This document shows, one piece after another, positions 1 through 10,475 of a stretch of DNA of 64,000 bases. The position numbers and the translations under genes are program-made. Numbering within the stretch: the stretch's first letter is position 1; every line of letters begins with the position of its first letter. Below the pieces are notes generated by a model. It saw nothing but the letters and a program-made list of their open reading frames with translations, was not told the origin of the DNA and ran no database searches. This stretch comes from Psychrobacillus sp. (GTDB lineage Bacteria > Bacillota > Bacilli > Bacillales_A > Planococcaceae): assembly GCA_040274765.1 (NCBI GenBank), contig JBEMAY010000002.1, positions 983-64,982 on the forward strand, in the 5' to 3' direction.

Positions 1-1120
1 GTAATCTGCTAAGGGCATTATCCACCGCTAAGTTTGATTGAGAGGCCACTAGAGTACGAAGTCCAGCTTTAGCATTCTGCTGACATATTTCGGAAATAAC
101 GGTTGTTTTACCCGTGCCTGGAGGTCCTTGAATAACATATAAGTCTTCTGCAGACATGGCACCAACGACTGCCTCCTGCTGAAATTCATTAAGCCTATTA
201 TGAAATTCCAATTCCTTTTGTTTATTCGTAATTCTAATAGTAGGACGGTCTTCAAATAGAATTTTTTCTAGGTTGACATTGGCTGCTAAGCCATTCTGAA
301 GATCCTCAAAACCTTTGCGAAGTCGGCGTATTTGACTAAGGGTAGCAAAATTACTAAAAACTACTTCTTTAGCCTTAGGGTTTAGACTATTTTTCCTTGC
401 CATTTCCCTAATCCTTGGTCTTAGCTCTATTTCAATCGTGTTTTTATTTCTATTTGCTTTTAATACATCCCCAATGTCATTTTGGTAACCCTTGAAGCTA
501 ACACTAAGCCCTCTTATTTTATTCCACTCGTTACCGTTGACATCACAGCCCACTAAGGACATCCTACTGAAGTCTTCGTTAAATACAAGTTTAGAGAAGC
601 TTGCAGTTATATCCGCAATATCTGCATTTCGTTCCTGTATTTTTAAATAACCTTCCCAGCTTGATATACGTTTCTTCACATATTCAGAGCGTTCCTCTGC
701 TACAGGTAACTCTCTTATCTTTGTATGTAACTGTATTGGTAACCCAGCACCATTATTTTTTGAGGTTACAAATGAAAGATTTACTGGTAGCCTTCTATTT
801 GTTTGCACGGGTACTCTAGATCCACGTACATGAAATCCGGTTGCAAGAAACCCATTGTTCTGTAATACACAGTCCATAACCGCGACCTTACCATCCAGTT
901 TTTCTGCAAGTTTTAAGTTCTCTATGTTATCAAAATACAAGGACAGTGAGATATTTCCTTGTGCATTAACCGGACGTTTCTCAATGTAAACTTGAAACGA
1001 TTTTTGTATATTAAAAAAGTCGTGTTCATCAGCTGACCACTCCTGTATTCCTTTGCGAGCATTATTCGTCATCATTAAATTGCAGCGCATTGTTTTTTCT
1101 AGAGTTGAAACATTACTCAT
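1..1120 (-). CDS. Superfamily 1 (UPF1/DNA2-like, AAA_11/AAA_12) helicase, 5' part; runs off the left edge
   Basis: Not in the ORF track. Manual translation from ATG at 1120 (RBS AAAAGGAGG) gives MSNVSTLEKT... with Q-motif LNEFQQEAV, Walker A IQGPPGTGKTT (~101-140) and motif Ia LVASQSNLAVDN. Confidence 0.88.
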   Translation of the reverse strand, partial: MSNVSTLEKTMRCNLMMTNNARKGIQEWSADEHDFFNIQKSFQVYIEKRPVNAQGNISLSLYFDNIENLKLAEKLDGKVAVMDCVLQNNGFLATGFHVRGSRVPVQTNRRLPVNLSFVTSKNNGAGLPIQLHTKIRELPVAEERSEYVKKRISSWEGYLKIQERNADIADITASFSKLVFNEDFSRMSLVGCDVNGNEWNKIRGLSVSFKGYQNDIGDVLKANRNKNTIEIELRPRIREMARKNSLNPKAKEVVFSNFATLSQIRRLRKGFEDLQNGLAANVNLEKILFEDRPTIRITNKQKELEFHNRLNEFQQEAVVGAMSAEDLYVIQGPPGTGKTTVISEICQQNAKAGLRTLVASQSNLAVDNALSRL

Positions 1121-1546
1121 GAACAGACCTCCTTTTAGATTTTTTAGTCCAACTTATATATGTTAGCATTTTTTAACGAATTCTTAAATTGTCAATTACT
1201 AATTCCAATTGGTTAAATTTAGAATAAACTAAAGTTTTAACTGTTTTTATTAGTCCCCTACTTCAACTTACTTAGCTAAATCCTCCTTCTATGGCCTACA
1301 GTAGCGTTCTACCAAAAACACACAACGTAATGTGCTTATATTTCAACTCTATTAAATCGTGACTCTCAGATTATTCTTTTACTCTTTCTATGGGAAGAAT
1401 AAGCGTGTATTATTTTAATATAATATTCTAAATAATCTTAATATTATAATTTTTATTTGAAATTTTTATTATTTTTCCCTATTATTAAATATACAGTTTT
1501 CTAACTTAATATTCAGAAAGCTAGTAAAGTTTAAGGAGGAAGGAAA

Positions 1547-1939
1547 ATGCCAAAGAAAGCTGGAAGTGTATTAAGCCCTGCTAGTCCTCAAAAAAACTCT
1601 AAAAAAGCAAAGAAAAGTGGAAAGGAACCGCCACTTTACAACTATGAAGCCATTGCAGAAAGCCCTGAATTTGTAGCCTTAAAAAAGAAAAAAAGAAATT
1701 TTATCTTACCGATAACGATATTCTTTCTGCTATTTTATATTTCTTTACCTATTTTAACGTCTTATACAACTATATTAAACAAGCCTGCCATTGGAGATAT
1801 AACTTGGGTCTGGGTATTTGCTCTCGCTCAATTCATCATGACCTGGACATTATGTATGATCTATGTTCGTAAGGCAGAGGGTTTTGATAAGGACGCTGAG
1901 GAAATCATTAAGAAGGAAAAGGCAGGTGACTATGTATGA
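1547..1939 (+). CDS. DUF485 family small membrane protein (YwcB/YjcH-like), partner of the symporter
   Basis: Two hydrophobic helices; AAGGAGG RBS; ATGA overlap with the downstream symporter. Confidence 0.85.
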   Translation: MPKKAGSVLSPASPQKNSKKAKKSGKEPPLYNYEAIAESPEFVALKKKKRNFILPITIFFLLFYISLPILTSYTTILNKPAIGDITWVWVFALAQFIMTWTLCMIYVRKAEGFDKDAEEIIKKEKAGDYV

Positions 1940-3468
1940 ATGGTATGAGTACAGTTGGTCTAATATTTTTTGTTGGAATCGTAGCATTAACTTTATTTGT
2001 CACATACATTGCCTCTAAACGAACTAACTCTGCGAGTGAATTTTACACTGCTGGTGGAGGATTATCTGGCTGGCAAAATGGTATAGCTATCGCAGGAGAT
2101 TACCTTTCTGCTGCGTCATTCCTTGGGATTGCTGGAGCTATCGCACTTTTTGGTTTTGATGGATTCTTCTATAGTATAGGTTACTTAGTAGCGTATTTAG
2201 TTGTACTTTACATCGTAGCAGAACCTTTAAGGAACTTGGGACGCTATACGCTAGCAGATATGATCAACGCACGCTTTAATCAAAAGAAAGTACGAGGCGC
2301 TGCCGCAATTAGTACTATTACAATTGTTTTATTCTATATGATTGCGCAGCTTGTCGGCGCAGGGGCGTTAATACAATTATTACTAGGCATTGATTACTGG
2401 ATTGCTGTACTAATCGTGGGAACAATGATGACCATTTATGTTCTTTGGGGTGGAATGGCGGCAACAAGCTGGGTGCAAATCATTAAGGCTGTATTGTTAA
2501 TGATTGGGACAGTCCTTATCTCATTTTTAGTATTATGGAAATTCAATTTTAATATCCTTGGTATGTTCACTGAGATGAAAACGGTTACAGAGCAAGGAGA
2601 AAACTTCTTAAATCCTGGAGTCAAGTATACGAATGGACTGGACACAATTTCTATGATGATTGCATTAGTATTAGGTACAGCGGGTTTACCTCACATTCTT
2701 ATGCGATTCTTCACAGTAAAAGATGCTAAGACGGCTCGCTCTTCCGTTGTGTATGCAACTTGGATTGTAGGTATTTTCTATGTTCTCACCATTTTCCTAG
2801 GTTTTGGAGCTGCTTATTTTGTAGGAGCTAGTGACATTATGGCGGCAAACTCAGCAGGAAACATGGCAGCACCATTACTAGCGCAGGCACTAGGAGGAGA
2901 TATCCTCATGTCTTTCGTATCTGCGGTTGCCTTCGCCACTATATTAGCAGTGGTAGCAGGTTTAGTTCTATCAGGTGCATCTGCGTTTGCCCATGATATT
3001 TATGGACAAATCATTAAGAAAGGCAAAGCAACAGAAAAACAGCAAATGAGAGCTGCTCGTTTTGCTTCGGTTGGGGTTTCTCTTCTATCTATAGTTTTAG
3101 CCTTAGGAGCACAAACGATGAACGTAGCATTCTTAGTTTCACTAGCATTCTGTATTGCCGCAAGTGCTAATTTACCGGTGATCATCTACACCATCTATTG
3201 GAAAAAATTCAATACCACTGGTGCTATGACAGCAATAGTCACCGGACTATTAACTGCTCTAGTATTAGTTTCCTTAAGTCCAAACCTTTGGGGAACAGAT
3301 GGTACACATTTATTTAATGGTACAGCACTTTTCCCATTAACTAACCCTGCAATTTTTTCAGTACCTGCTGGGTTCTTGGGTGGATATATAGGCGCCTTAA
3401 TTGGCGCTAGAGCAGACCAGAAGAAATATGCAGAAGTGGATGTCAAAGCAAATATCGGTCTTAAATAG
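1936..3468 (+). CDS. actP: Sodium:solute symporter, cation/acetate (ActP/YwcA) subfamily
   Basis: Motifs NGIAIAGDYLSAASFLG, GLPHILMRFFTV and AFATILAVVAGL; multi-TM. Confidence 0.88.
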   Translation: MNGMSTVGLIFFVGIVALTLFVTYIASKRTNSASEFYTAGGGLSGWQNGIAIAGDYLSAASFLGIAGAIALFGFDGFFYSIGYLVAYLVVLYIVAEPLRNLGRYTLADMINARFNQKKVRGAAAISTITIVLFYMIAQLVGAGALIQLLLGIDYWIAVLIVGTMMTIYVLWGGMAATSWVQIIKAVLLMIGTVLISFLVLWKFNFNILGMFTEMKTVTEQGENFLNPGVKYTNGLDTISMMIALVLGTAGLPHILMRFFTVKDAKTARSSVVYATWIVGIFYVLTIFLGFGAAYFVGASDIMAANSAGNMAAPLLAQALGGDILMSFVSAVAFATILAVVAGLVLSGASAFAHDIYGQIIKKGKATEKQQMRAARFASVGVSLLSIVLALGAQTMNVAFLVSLAFCIAASANLPVIIYTIYWKKFNTTGAMTAIVTGLLTALVLVSLSPNLWGTDGTHLFNGTALFPLTNPAIFSVPAGFLGGYIGALIGARADQKKYAEVDVKANIGLK

Positions 3469-3470
3469 AT

Positions 3471-3503
3471 AAAAGGCGAAGAGAATTACCTCTTCGCCTT
3501 TTT
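3471..3503. terminator. Bidirectional intrinsic terminator
   Basis: AAAAGGCGAAGAG-aattac-CTCTTCGCCTTTT between convergent genes. Confidence 0.85.
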
Positions 3504-4048
3504 TATTTAGCTGTATCAGGAAATACACGTTTTACTGTATCTGTAAACTCATCAAAGAATCCTTCTACTGGCTCTCCTGCTTTAATCTTTGTTCCGTACT
3601 CTTCCATACGGCCAACAAAATCAGGATCCAAAGATACATACACGTTCTCAAAATTTAAATTCCCTTTACTTTCTTTAGCTTTTTCAGATATACGGGTTTT
3701 TAACTCCTCGTTATCCTCTGTTCCTTCTTTTGCTCTAACAGCAACATATGCATTTTTATCTGTCACTAGTACATGAGCAGCATCTACTTCATCCAATTCT
3801 GCAATTTTTGCAGCCACTTCATCTGCTACGTCAACCTTTTGATCTCCGTTTGTAGAAACGTCTTTTCCTTCTTCACCAATTTCTCCATCGTTCCCAGTAT
3901 CAACAGTTGCATTAGAATCCATATTCCCATCTTGAGTAGTATCCGTTGTCGTATTTGTTGTTTTGTCATCTTTAGCATCATCATTTCCACATGCTGTTAA
4001 GAACCCTATTATAAGAATAGCGATTAATATCTTCATCTTTTTTATCAT
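3503..4048 (-). CDS. YhcN/YlaJ family (sporulation-associated) lipoprotein
   Basis: Lipobox FLTAC; acidic linker; C-terminal AHVLVTDKNAYVAV, VYVSLDPDF and FFDEFTDTVKRVFP. Confidence 0.85.
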   Translation of the reverse strand: MIKKMKILIAILIIGFLTACGNDDAKDDKTTNTTTDTTQDGNMDSNATVDTGNDGEIGEEGKDVSTNGDQKVDVADEVAAKIAELDEVDAAHVLVTDKNAYVAVRAKEGTEDNEELKTRISEKAKESKGNLNFENVYVSLDPDFVGRMEEYGTKIKAGEPVEGFFDEFTDTVKRVFPDTAK

Positions 4049-4219
4049 TTTATTTTCTCCTTTTCAATAAATTATTACAGTCGTATGATGTGAATTCTGT
4101 AAGAAAATATGCACCGGAATAAAAAATAGATTATTTAAATAATTTAAAATAGACTTTCTATTATCTGTTATAATTTTTAGAAGGAATTGGTTAAAAAATA
4201 ATAAAAGAGGTGTTTTAAG

Positions 4220-5389
4220 ATGACTAATGATTTATTTCAAAGATTAGAAGAAGGCTTTCATGACATGGTAACAATTAGAAGGTATTTACATATGAATCCT
4301 GAGGTATCCTTTCAAGAGACTAACACTGCCAAATATATTCAAAACTTTTACTTAGAACTTGGTATACCTTTTGAAGCCAATGTAGGCGGAAATGGTGTTG
4401 TAGCTAGAGTTAAAGGGGCACGACCTGGGAAAACAGTCGCTTTGCGTGCTGACTTTGATGCACTGCCGATTCAAGATGAAAAGGAGGTTCCATACAAATC
4501 TACAGTTCCTGGTGTAATGCATGCCTGTGGACATGATGGACATACAGCTACACTGCTCATTCTTGCCCGGACTATACATGAATTAAAAGATGAACTGAGT
4601 GGAGAATACGTGTTTATACACCAGCACGCAGAGGAATATGCCCCTGGTGGTGCAAAGCCGATGATAGAAGCAGGTTGCTTAAATGGTGTAGATGTAATTT
4701 TTGGTACACATTTATGGTCTCAAACTCCCCTTCACACAATTGCCTATCGCTCCGGTCCAATTATGGCAGCAGCCGATCGATTTATCATCAAAATTCAAGG
4801 TCGTGGTGGCCATGGCGCTAATCCTCATGACACAAAAGACGCCATTTTATCTGCTTCTCAGCTAGTAGTTAATCTGCAGCAAATTGTCTCTCGAAGAGTC
4901 AATCCGGTTGAATCGGCCGTCCTTTCTGTAGGTTCTTTTGTTGCCGACAATGCTTTTAACATTATAGCTGATTCGGTTCAATTGAGTGGAACTATTAGAA
5001 CGTTCACTCCATACGTAAGAGACTTAATGGAAAATGAGCTACGACGTGTTTTAGAGGGAACTTGTATGACCGCTGATTGTACTTATACTCTCACATATGA
5101 AAGAGGATACCCTCCAGTTATTAACCACACAGAAGAAACGGAATACCTTGCGGATATAGCTAGACAAATCCCTGACGTTGAGCAAGTACAGGAATCTGAC
5201 CTTTTAATGATAGGTGAGGATTATGGTTACTATCTTGAACAGATTCCAGGAACATTTTTCTTCACAGGAGCAATGCCCGAAGGAGATGTATATCCACATC
5301 ACAGTCCGATGTTTGACTTTGACGAAAAAGCCATGCTAACAGCAGCTAAAACCTTAGGGCATGCGGCTATTCAATATCAAAGGAAATAA
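4220..5389 (+). CDS. M20D family amidohydrolase (N-acyl-L-amino acid amidohydrolase, YhaA/AmaA-like)
   Basis: RRYLHMNPE, ALRADFDALP, MHACGHDGH, HQHAEE, GEDY and PHHSPMFD. Confidence 0.9.
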   Translation: MTNDLFQRLEEGFHDMVTIRRYLHMNPEVSFQETNTAKYIQNFYLELGIPFEANVGGNGVVARVKGARPGKTVALRADFDALPIQDEKEVPYKSTVPGVMHACGHDGHTATLLILARTIHELKDELSGEYVFIHQHAEEYAPGGAKPMIEAGCLNGVDVIFGTHLWSQTPLHTIAYRSGPIMAAADRFIIKIQGRGGHGANPHDTKDAILSASQLVVNLQQIVSRRVNPVESAVLSVGSFVADNAFNIIADSVQLSGTIRTFTPYVRDLMENELRRVLEGTCMTADCTYTLTYERGYPPVINHTEETEYLADIARQIPDVEQVQESDLLMIGEDYGYYLEQIPGTFFFTGAMPEGDVYPHHSPMFDFDEKAMLTAAKTLGHAAIQYQRK

Positions 5390-5585
5390 AGGATGGATGA
5401 ATCAACAAGTGACTCAAACTTATACTTCTGAATAGCTTGGTTTGGAAACTTCAGTAGAAAGCAGAAATCGTATTTAATTTGTCACAATCATTGTTCTGTT
5501 ATCAGCTTATATATTTCCAATTTCCCGTATATCACGTTAAAATATAATAGTATAAATAACGATAAAAACTTTATTACTTACTTAA

Positions 5586-5612
5586 TGAAACTATTTAAGT
5601 GGTAGTTACGTA
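5586..5612 (+). promoter_or_regulatory. ECF sigma (SigW/SigM/SigX-type) promoter of the ter/yce operon
   Basis: TGAAAC-N17-CGTA 36 nt upstream of the first terD; the B. subtilis yceC operon is ECF-controlled. Confidence 0.6.
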
Positions 5613-5648
5613 AAATTATTAAATAAAGAAATTTGGGGAGGTTTATCA

Positions 5649-6260
5649 ATGGCTATTAATCTTGTAAAAGGACAAAAAATTGATCTTACTAAAGGTAGGT
5701 CTTCTTTAAAAAGTGTCATGGTAGGACTTGGTTGGGATCCGGTAAGTCAAAAAAGCGGTGGCTTTTTTGGTAGTCTTTTTGGCGGGGGTTCTAGTGGTGC
5801 TGCTATCGACTGTGATGCTTCTGTTCTGCTTTTAAACGAAAATGGAAAATTATCTTCCAAACAACAATTAATATATTTTGGAAATAAAACTTCTAACAAT
5901 GGCAGTGTAGTACATATGGGTGATAACCGTACCGGAGATGGTGACGGAGACGATGAAGTGATCAATGTAAACCTTAAATCAGTTGCAAGTTCTGTTCATA
6001 GACTTTTATTTGTCGTTAATATCTACCAAGCAAAACAACGAAAACAGGATTTTGGCTTGATAAAAAATGCATTTATTCGTTTAGTGGACAATGATACAAA
6101 ACAAGAATTAGTGCACTACAATCTTTCAGATAATTATGCTGGAAAAACCTCACTTTTCCTAGGAGAACTGTATCGAGATGGTGAAGAGTGGAAATTCTCG
6201 GCTATTGGAGAAGGTACAGCAGACACTGATATATCATCTATAGCAAATAAATACTTATAA
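5649..6260 (+). CDS. yceC: TerD family stress protein (YceC/TerZ-like)
   Basis: [30 protein letters not shown] insert, [18 protein letters not shown]. Confidence 0.88.
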   Translation: MAINLVKGQKIDLTKGRSSLKSVMVGLGWDPVSQKSGGFFGSLFGGGSSGAAIDCDASVLLLNENGKLSSKQQLIYFGNKTSNNGSVVHMGDNRTGDGDGDDEVINVNLKSVASSVHRLLFVVNIYQAKQRKQDFGLIKNAFIRLVDNDTKQELVHYNLSDNYAGKTSLFLGELYRDGEEWKFSAIGEGTADTDISSIANKYL

Positions 6261-6276
6261 GGAGTGGGAAATAAAC

Positions 6277-6852
6277 ATGGCTATTAATTTATCTAAAGGA
6301 CAAAAGGTAGACTTAACTAAAGGCAATCCAGGGTTAACAAATATTATTGTAGGTCTAGGCTGGGATACAAACAAATATGACGGTAGAAATGACTTTGACC
6401 TTGACTCTTCTGTTTTCTTATTAAATAGCAGTGGAAAATGCGCATCTGAAGGTGATTTTATTTTTTATAACAACACATCAGGTAGTAATGGAGCAGTTGT
6501 TCATACAGGAGATAATCGCACAGGTGAAGGCGATGGCGATGATGAGCAAGTTAACATTAACTTATCAAACGTCTCCAGTTCTATAGAAAAAATTGCATTC
6601 AGTATTACTATTCATGATGCAGAGGCTAGAGGTCAAAACTTTGGTCAAGTTAACAATTCATACGTACGAATTATTAATGCTGATACTCAGGAAGAACTAA
6701 TTCGCTACGATTTAGGAGAAGATTTCTCAATTGAAACAGCAGTTGTTGTAGGTGAATTATACCGCCACAATAATGAGTGGAAATTTAATGCAATTGGTAG
6801 CGGCTACCAAGGTGGATTAGGGGCATTAGTTTCAGACTTTGGCCTAAACTAG
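6277..6852 (+). CDS. terD: TerD family protein (YceD-like)
   Basis: [40 protein letters not shown]. Confidence 0.92.
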   Translation: MAINLSKGQKVDLTKGNPGLTNIIVGLGWDTNKYDGRNDFDLDSSVFLLNSSGKCASEGDFIFYNNTSGSNGAVVHTGDNRTGEGDGDDEQVNINLSNVSSSIEKIAFSITIHDAEARGQNFGQVNNSYVRIINADTQEELIRYDLGEDFSIETAVVVGELYRHNNEWKFNAIGSGYQGGLGALVSDFGLN

Positions 6853-6864
6853 TTAAATCTTTCT

Positions 6865-6895
6865 AAAGCAAGGGCTTTCTCCTTGCTTTTTTTTT
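6865..6895 (+). terminator. Intrinsic terminator internal to the ter cluster
   Basis: AAAGCAAGG-gctttct-CCTTGCTTT followed by a long T run. Confidence 0.75.
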
Positions 6896-6951
6896 ACAAA
6901 GAGTACATTTTATAGAACTTGGGTGACCTATAGCCTATCTTCTTTCAAGGA

Positions 6952-8058
6952 GTGATTACCATCAAACATTTCAAGGGTTTAAGTGAAAAAGAAGTCAATA
7001 ATTTCTTTCATATACCTCCTAAAGAATTTACAAAAACTACGGATAAGCTAAAATTGGGGATTGCTATGGGTGCCACTTTATATATTCCTGGCCTGATGAG
7101 TAATTTCTCTTCCAAGTTAATCAAGAAATCTTTTGAAAATCTTACTAGCGTGATTATTTGTTTAGAGGATTCTGTTTCAGATAACGACTTAACAGAAGCA
7201 GAAAATAATGTGGTAAAACAACTACATATTTTAACTGAAGCAATTAACGAGCGTGCTAGCCTTCAGAATGATCTTCCGCTGCTATTTATAAGAATCCGAA
7301 GCATAGAACAGTTACGCAGAATTTCTAATCTATTGGGAAATGACCTAGACCTTATTACTGGTATAGTTTTTCCTAAATGTAACTCGAATAATGCGATTGA
7401 TTTCTTTGCATGCTTGGAATCCTTAAATCAAGAAAATTCCATTATGCTTTATGGTCTGCCTATCATTGAATCAAAAGAGATTATTTATAAAGAGTCTCGA
7501 CAAGAGGAGCTCCGAAAGCTTTATACAATTTTCTTGAATTATGAACGTCTTATATTAACCATTAGAGTTGGAGCAACAGATTTCTCTAGCCTTTTTAGCC
7601 TCAGACGGCCATACAATAGAACGGTTTACGAACTACAATTAATTGCAAATTGTCTAATAGAAATTCTAAACACATTTAGACGTTATGGGGATAACTTTAT
7701 AATCTCTGGTCCTGTGTTTGAATACTTTGATGATAAAAGTAAGGACATTTTATGGGAAGAAGTTCAATTAGATCTTTTGAATGGCTTCTACGGCAAAACA
7801 TGCATTCACCCGAAACAAGTAGATATCGTCAATGCGGTCTATCCTGTTTCTAAGGAGACATTTGACGACGCTAGCATAATCGTTGGAAATAGATTTGTAA
7901 ATAATGGGATTTTAAGTAGTCCCACGAAAAATAAAATGAATGAGGTCAAACCTCATTATAGTTGGGCTGTAAAAATACTGGCGCAAGCAGAAATATATGG
8001 GGTGCTAAATGAAAATGTTACCACACACGACTTTATCGGCTACATCAAGAACTTATAA
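6952..8058 (+). CDS. HpcH/HpaI aldolase/citrate lyase-like TIM-barrel C-C lyase (Ter-associated)
   Basis: MGATLYIPG, CLEDSV, RVGATDF, GKTCIHPKQV, KMNEVKPH; context in the Ter cluster. Confidence 0.85.
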   Translation: MITIKHFKGLSEKEVNNFFHIPPKEFTKTTDKLKLGIAMGATLYIPGLMSNFSSKLIKKSFENLTSVIICLEDSVSDNDLTEAENNVVKQLHILTEAINERASLQNDLPLLFIRIRSIEQLRRISNLLGNDLDLITGIVFPKCNSNNAIDFFACLESLNQENSIMLYGLPIIESKEIIYKESRQEELRKLYTIFLNYERLILTIRVGATDFSSLFSLRRPYNRTVYELQLIANCLIEILNTFRRYGDNFIISGPVFEYFDDKSKDILWEEVQLDLLNGFYGKTCIHPKQVDIVNAVYPVSKETFDDASIIVGNRFVNNGILSSPTKNKMNEVKPHYSWAVKILAQAEIYGVLNENVTTHDFIGYIKNL

Positions 8059-9379
8059 TTTACATGGAAATTTAAAGCTAACCATTGATGTTCAAAATAA
8101 TCCGTACAACCTTAGTCCAGATAATCTTTTTGAAATGGGAGTAAGAATAAATAAAAAAAGACAATTTCTCTTTATTAGTCGCCTACTTGGGAAGCACTTG
8201 CCGGTAGACCCTTCTCTTTCGCTAGGAACAGGGACAGTGCTAGCTTCGATGTTAATGGAAAACGAAGGTTTACCCGCTCACCCCCAGTTATTGGATATCA
8301 TACGTATGATTGATTCCGGCAAACCTGACCGTACACTTAGCTTTAGTTCTTTAAAATATAGAGTAAAATTACCGACCAATACGGTCTTTATAGGCTTCGC
8401 AGAAACTGCTACTGGTTTAGGTCACGCTGTTTTTAATCATTTTGATGAGGCTCAGTATATTCATACCACGCGTGAAGAAATCACTAATCTCTCCCCTTCT
8501 TTTGTTTTTGAAGAAGAGCATTCTCATGCTACCTCCCACCGAGTATATGCTTCTGAGAATGTATTGAAGAAAGCGGAGACGATTGTACTAGTCGATGATG
8601 AAATAACCTCTGGCCTCACACTTTCCAATTTAATCATATCCTTAAACGAAAAGTTCCCAAATAAACAGTTTAAAATATTGTCTATTCTGGATTGGAGAAG
8701 TGTAGAAAATATAAACAATTTTACTGACTTAATGAAACAAAAAGGGATTCATGCCGAAATAATTTCCATTCTTTCTGGTCAATTCACGCTACACAATACA
8801 GCTACCATCAACGAGGAAGCCATCCCTTGTCTCCAAGGTCAAGAAGTTCATGTATCTCTAGAGAATGGTACCACTTCTCAGTACACCGCTCCCTATTTTA
8901 GCGAGCATGCTATTTATAGCACGTTTACAGGTAGATTTGGCCTGACGAGTGAAAACCATGCAGCAATGGACAACTGGATACATAAATTACTGGAGAAACT
9001 GACATTAGATAAAGATAAACCAACACTTGTAATAGGTATAGGTGAAAATATATATATTCCAAGCCGTATCGCTCTAGCACTAGGTAAATATACGAAGATC
9101 CAAACAACGACTCGAAGTCCAATCTTTGCAAAGAATGAAGAACACTATCCAATTAAAAGTAAGTGTAAATTTATTTTGCCTGATTCAAATGATGTTGAAC
9201 AATACTTATATAACGTTGCAGCACATGAATTTGAGCAAATCTTAGTAGTTGCAGAGTCCGTTAAAAATAAAGAAACCTGGTCTCCTTTACTGAGCTATTT
9301 ACAAAGCAAAGGATCGATCACATGGTTATCCCTCACAACGCCAACGGATAGAGGTGGAATAGAAGATGCTAAAAACTAA
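8009..9379 (+). CDS. Ter-associated phosphoribosyltransferase (PRTase_2 + TRSP domain)
   Basis: FISRLLGKH, IGFAETATGLG, EEEHSHATSH, PRPP loop VLVDDEITSG, C-terminal TTRSP. Confidence 0.85.
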   Translation: MKMLPHTTLSATSRTYNLHGNLKLTIDVQNNPYNLSPDNLFEMGVRINKKRQFLFISRLLGKHLPVDPSLSLGTGTVLASMLMENEGLPAHPQLLDIIRMIDSGKPDRTLSFSSLKYRVKLPTNTVFIGFAETATGLGHAVFNHFDEAQYIHTTREEITNLSPSFVFEEEHSHATSHRVYASENVLKKAETIVLVDDEITSGLTLSNLIISLNEKFPNKQFKILSILDWRSVENINNFTDLMKQKGIHAEIISILSGQFTLHNTATINEEAIPCLQGQEVHVSLENGTTSQYTAPYFSEHAIYSTFTGRFGLTSENHAAMDNWIHKLLEKLTLDKDKPTLVIGIGENIYIPSRIALALGKYTKIQTTTRSPIFAKNEEHYPIKSKCKFILPDSNDVEQYLYNVAAHEFEQILVVAESVKNKETWSPLLSYLQSKGSITWLSLTTPTDRGGIEDAKN

Positions 9380-10475
9380 TCATTTAGTTAAGACAAGCTA
9401 CTCACCAGAAGACATAACCTTCTTACTAAAGGATATGTCCAGCGTTCAAATGGAATCGAATGTAGATCATCGAGAAAAAGCGTTTGCTTTAGGGCATCAT
9501 TATTCTGAATCCTTACCAATAGAATATCGCCCATCAGCAGAGTATCTGTATTTATACAATCAGGCTATGGACCAGCTTTCTAGCTATATCGCTCAATTAG
9601 TAGGCATTGTCACTAGACGCGTACACAAATATGCTGGTACCGATCAAGTGGTCATTATTTCATTGGCACGGGCAGGTAGCCCAGTAGGAATTCTAATGAG
9701 ACGATATGCTCGTACTTTTTTAGGCTTAGATTGGCCACATTTTAGTGTATCCATTTTAAGAGGAAAAGGAATCGATGAAAATGCTATAAAAACAGTTCGT
9801 GGTTTGTACCCTAATCATCACTTACAATTTGTAGATGGTTGGACAGGAAAAGGTGCTATTCAAAAAGAGTTAACTAAGTCCATTCAACAATTGAATGAAC
9901 AAGGCTTTCACCTAAACGATGACCTTGCAGTCCTTTCCGATCCCGGTGGATGTGCAACCCTATATAGCACAAGAGAAGATATCCTAATACCTAATGCCTT
10001 TTTAAATTCTACGGTATCTGGATTAATCAGTAGAACGATTTTAAATAACGCTTATCAGTCACCAGAAGACTACCATGGGGCTAAGTATTATGCAGAGCTT
10101 GAGGATGAGGATGTGTCAAATGCTTTTGTAGATCAAATCTCTGCTCAATTTTTGTCTCAAGAGAAAGCTATCCAAATGAAGGTTAAGGAATTCCCTGTCA
10201 AGAACGAAAGAACCTGGTTAGGCATGCAGGTGGCCGAGGAAATAGCACACAAATATTATAAAAACTCTGATCTAACCAAAGTGAAGCCTAGCGTTGGGGA
10301 AACTACTCGAACGTTATTACGAAGAAAGCCTCATAAAATTCTGTTAAGAGATGAAAATGATGAAGCTGTTAAGCATATTTTAAGCTTATGCCGAGAAAAA
10401 AATATACCGATCGAAGTAATCTCTGACCTTCATTACCGTGCTATTGGGCTTATAGAATCGGAGGAATTAAAATGA
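9366..10475 (+). CDS. StiP-family / PRTase_1 protein with C-terminal PELOTA/L7Ae-like domain
   Basis: HYSESLPIEY, ISLARAGSPVG, FVDGWTGKG, LNSTVSGLISR, KPSVGETTRTLLRR. Confidence 0.82.
   Translation: MLKTNHLVKTSYSPEDITFLLKDMSSVQMESNVDHREKAFALGHHYSESLPIEYRPSAEYLYLYNQAMDQLSSYIAQLVGIVTRRVHKYAGTDQVVIISLARAGSPVGILMRRYARTFLGLDWPHFSVSILRGKGIDENAIKTVRGLYPNHHLQFVDGWTGKGAIQKELTKSIQQLNEQGFHLNDDLAVLSDPGGCATLYSTREDILIPNAFLNSTVSGLISRTILNNAYQSPEDYHGAKYYAELEDEDVSNAFVDQISAQFLSQEKAIQMKVKEFPVKNERTWLGMQVAEEIAHKYYKNSDLTKVKPSVGETTRTLLRRKPHKILLRDENDEAVKHILSLCREKNIPIEVISDLHYRAIGLIESEELK

Noticed and set aside
49-819. Track ORFs 49..255 and 601..819
   Set aside because: They are out-of-frame or antisense shadows of the helicase gene.
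1250-1335. Structured RNA or small ORF in a GC-richer patch between the helicase and DUF485 genes
   Set aside because: An RBS-like AAGGAGG on the minus strand has no suitably spaced start codon, and no known riboswitch core or strong stem was seen.
4081-4115. SigG/SigE promoter for the YhcN-like lipoprotein (GCATA...CATACGA)
   Set aside because: The 20-nt spacing is too long for the consensus.
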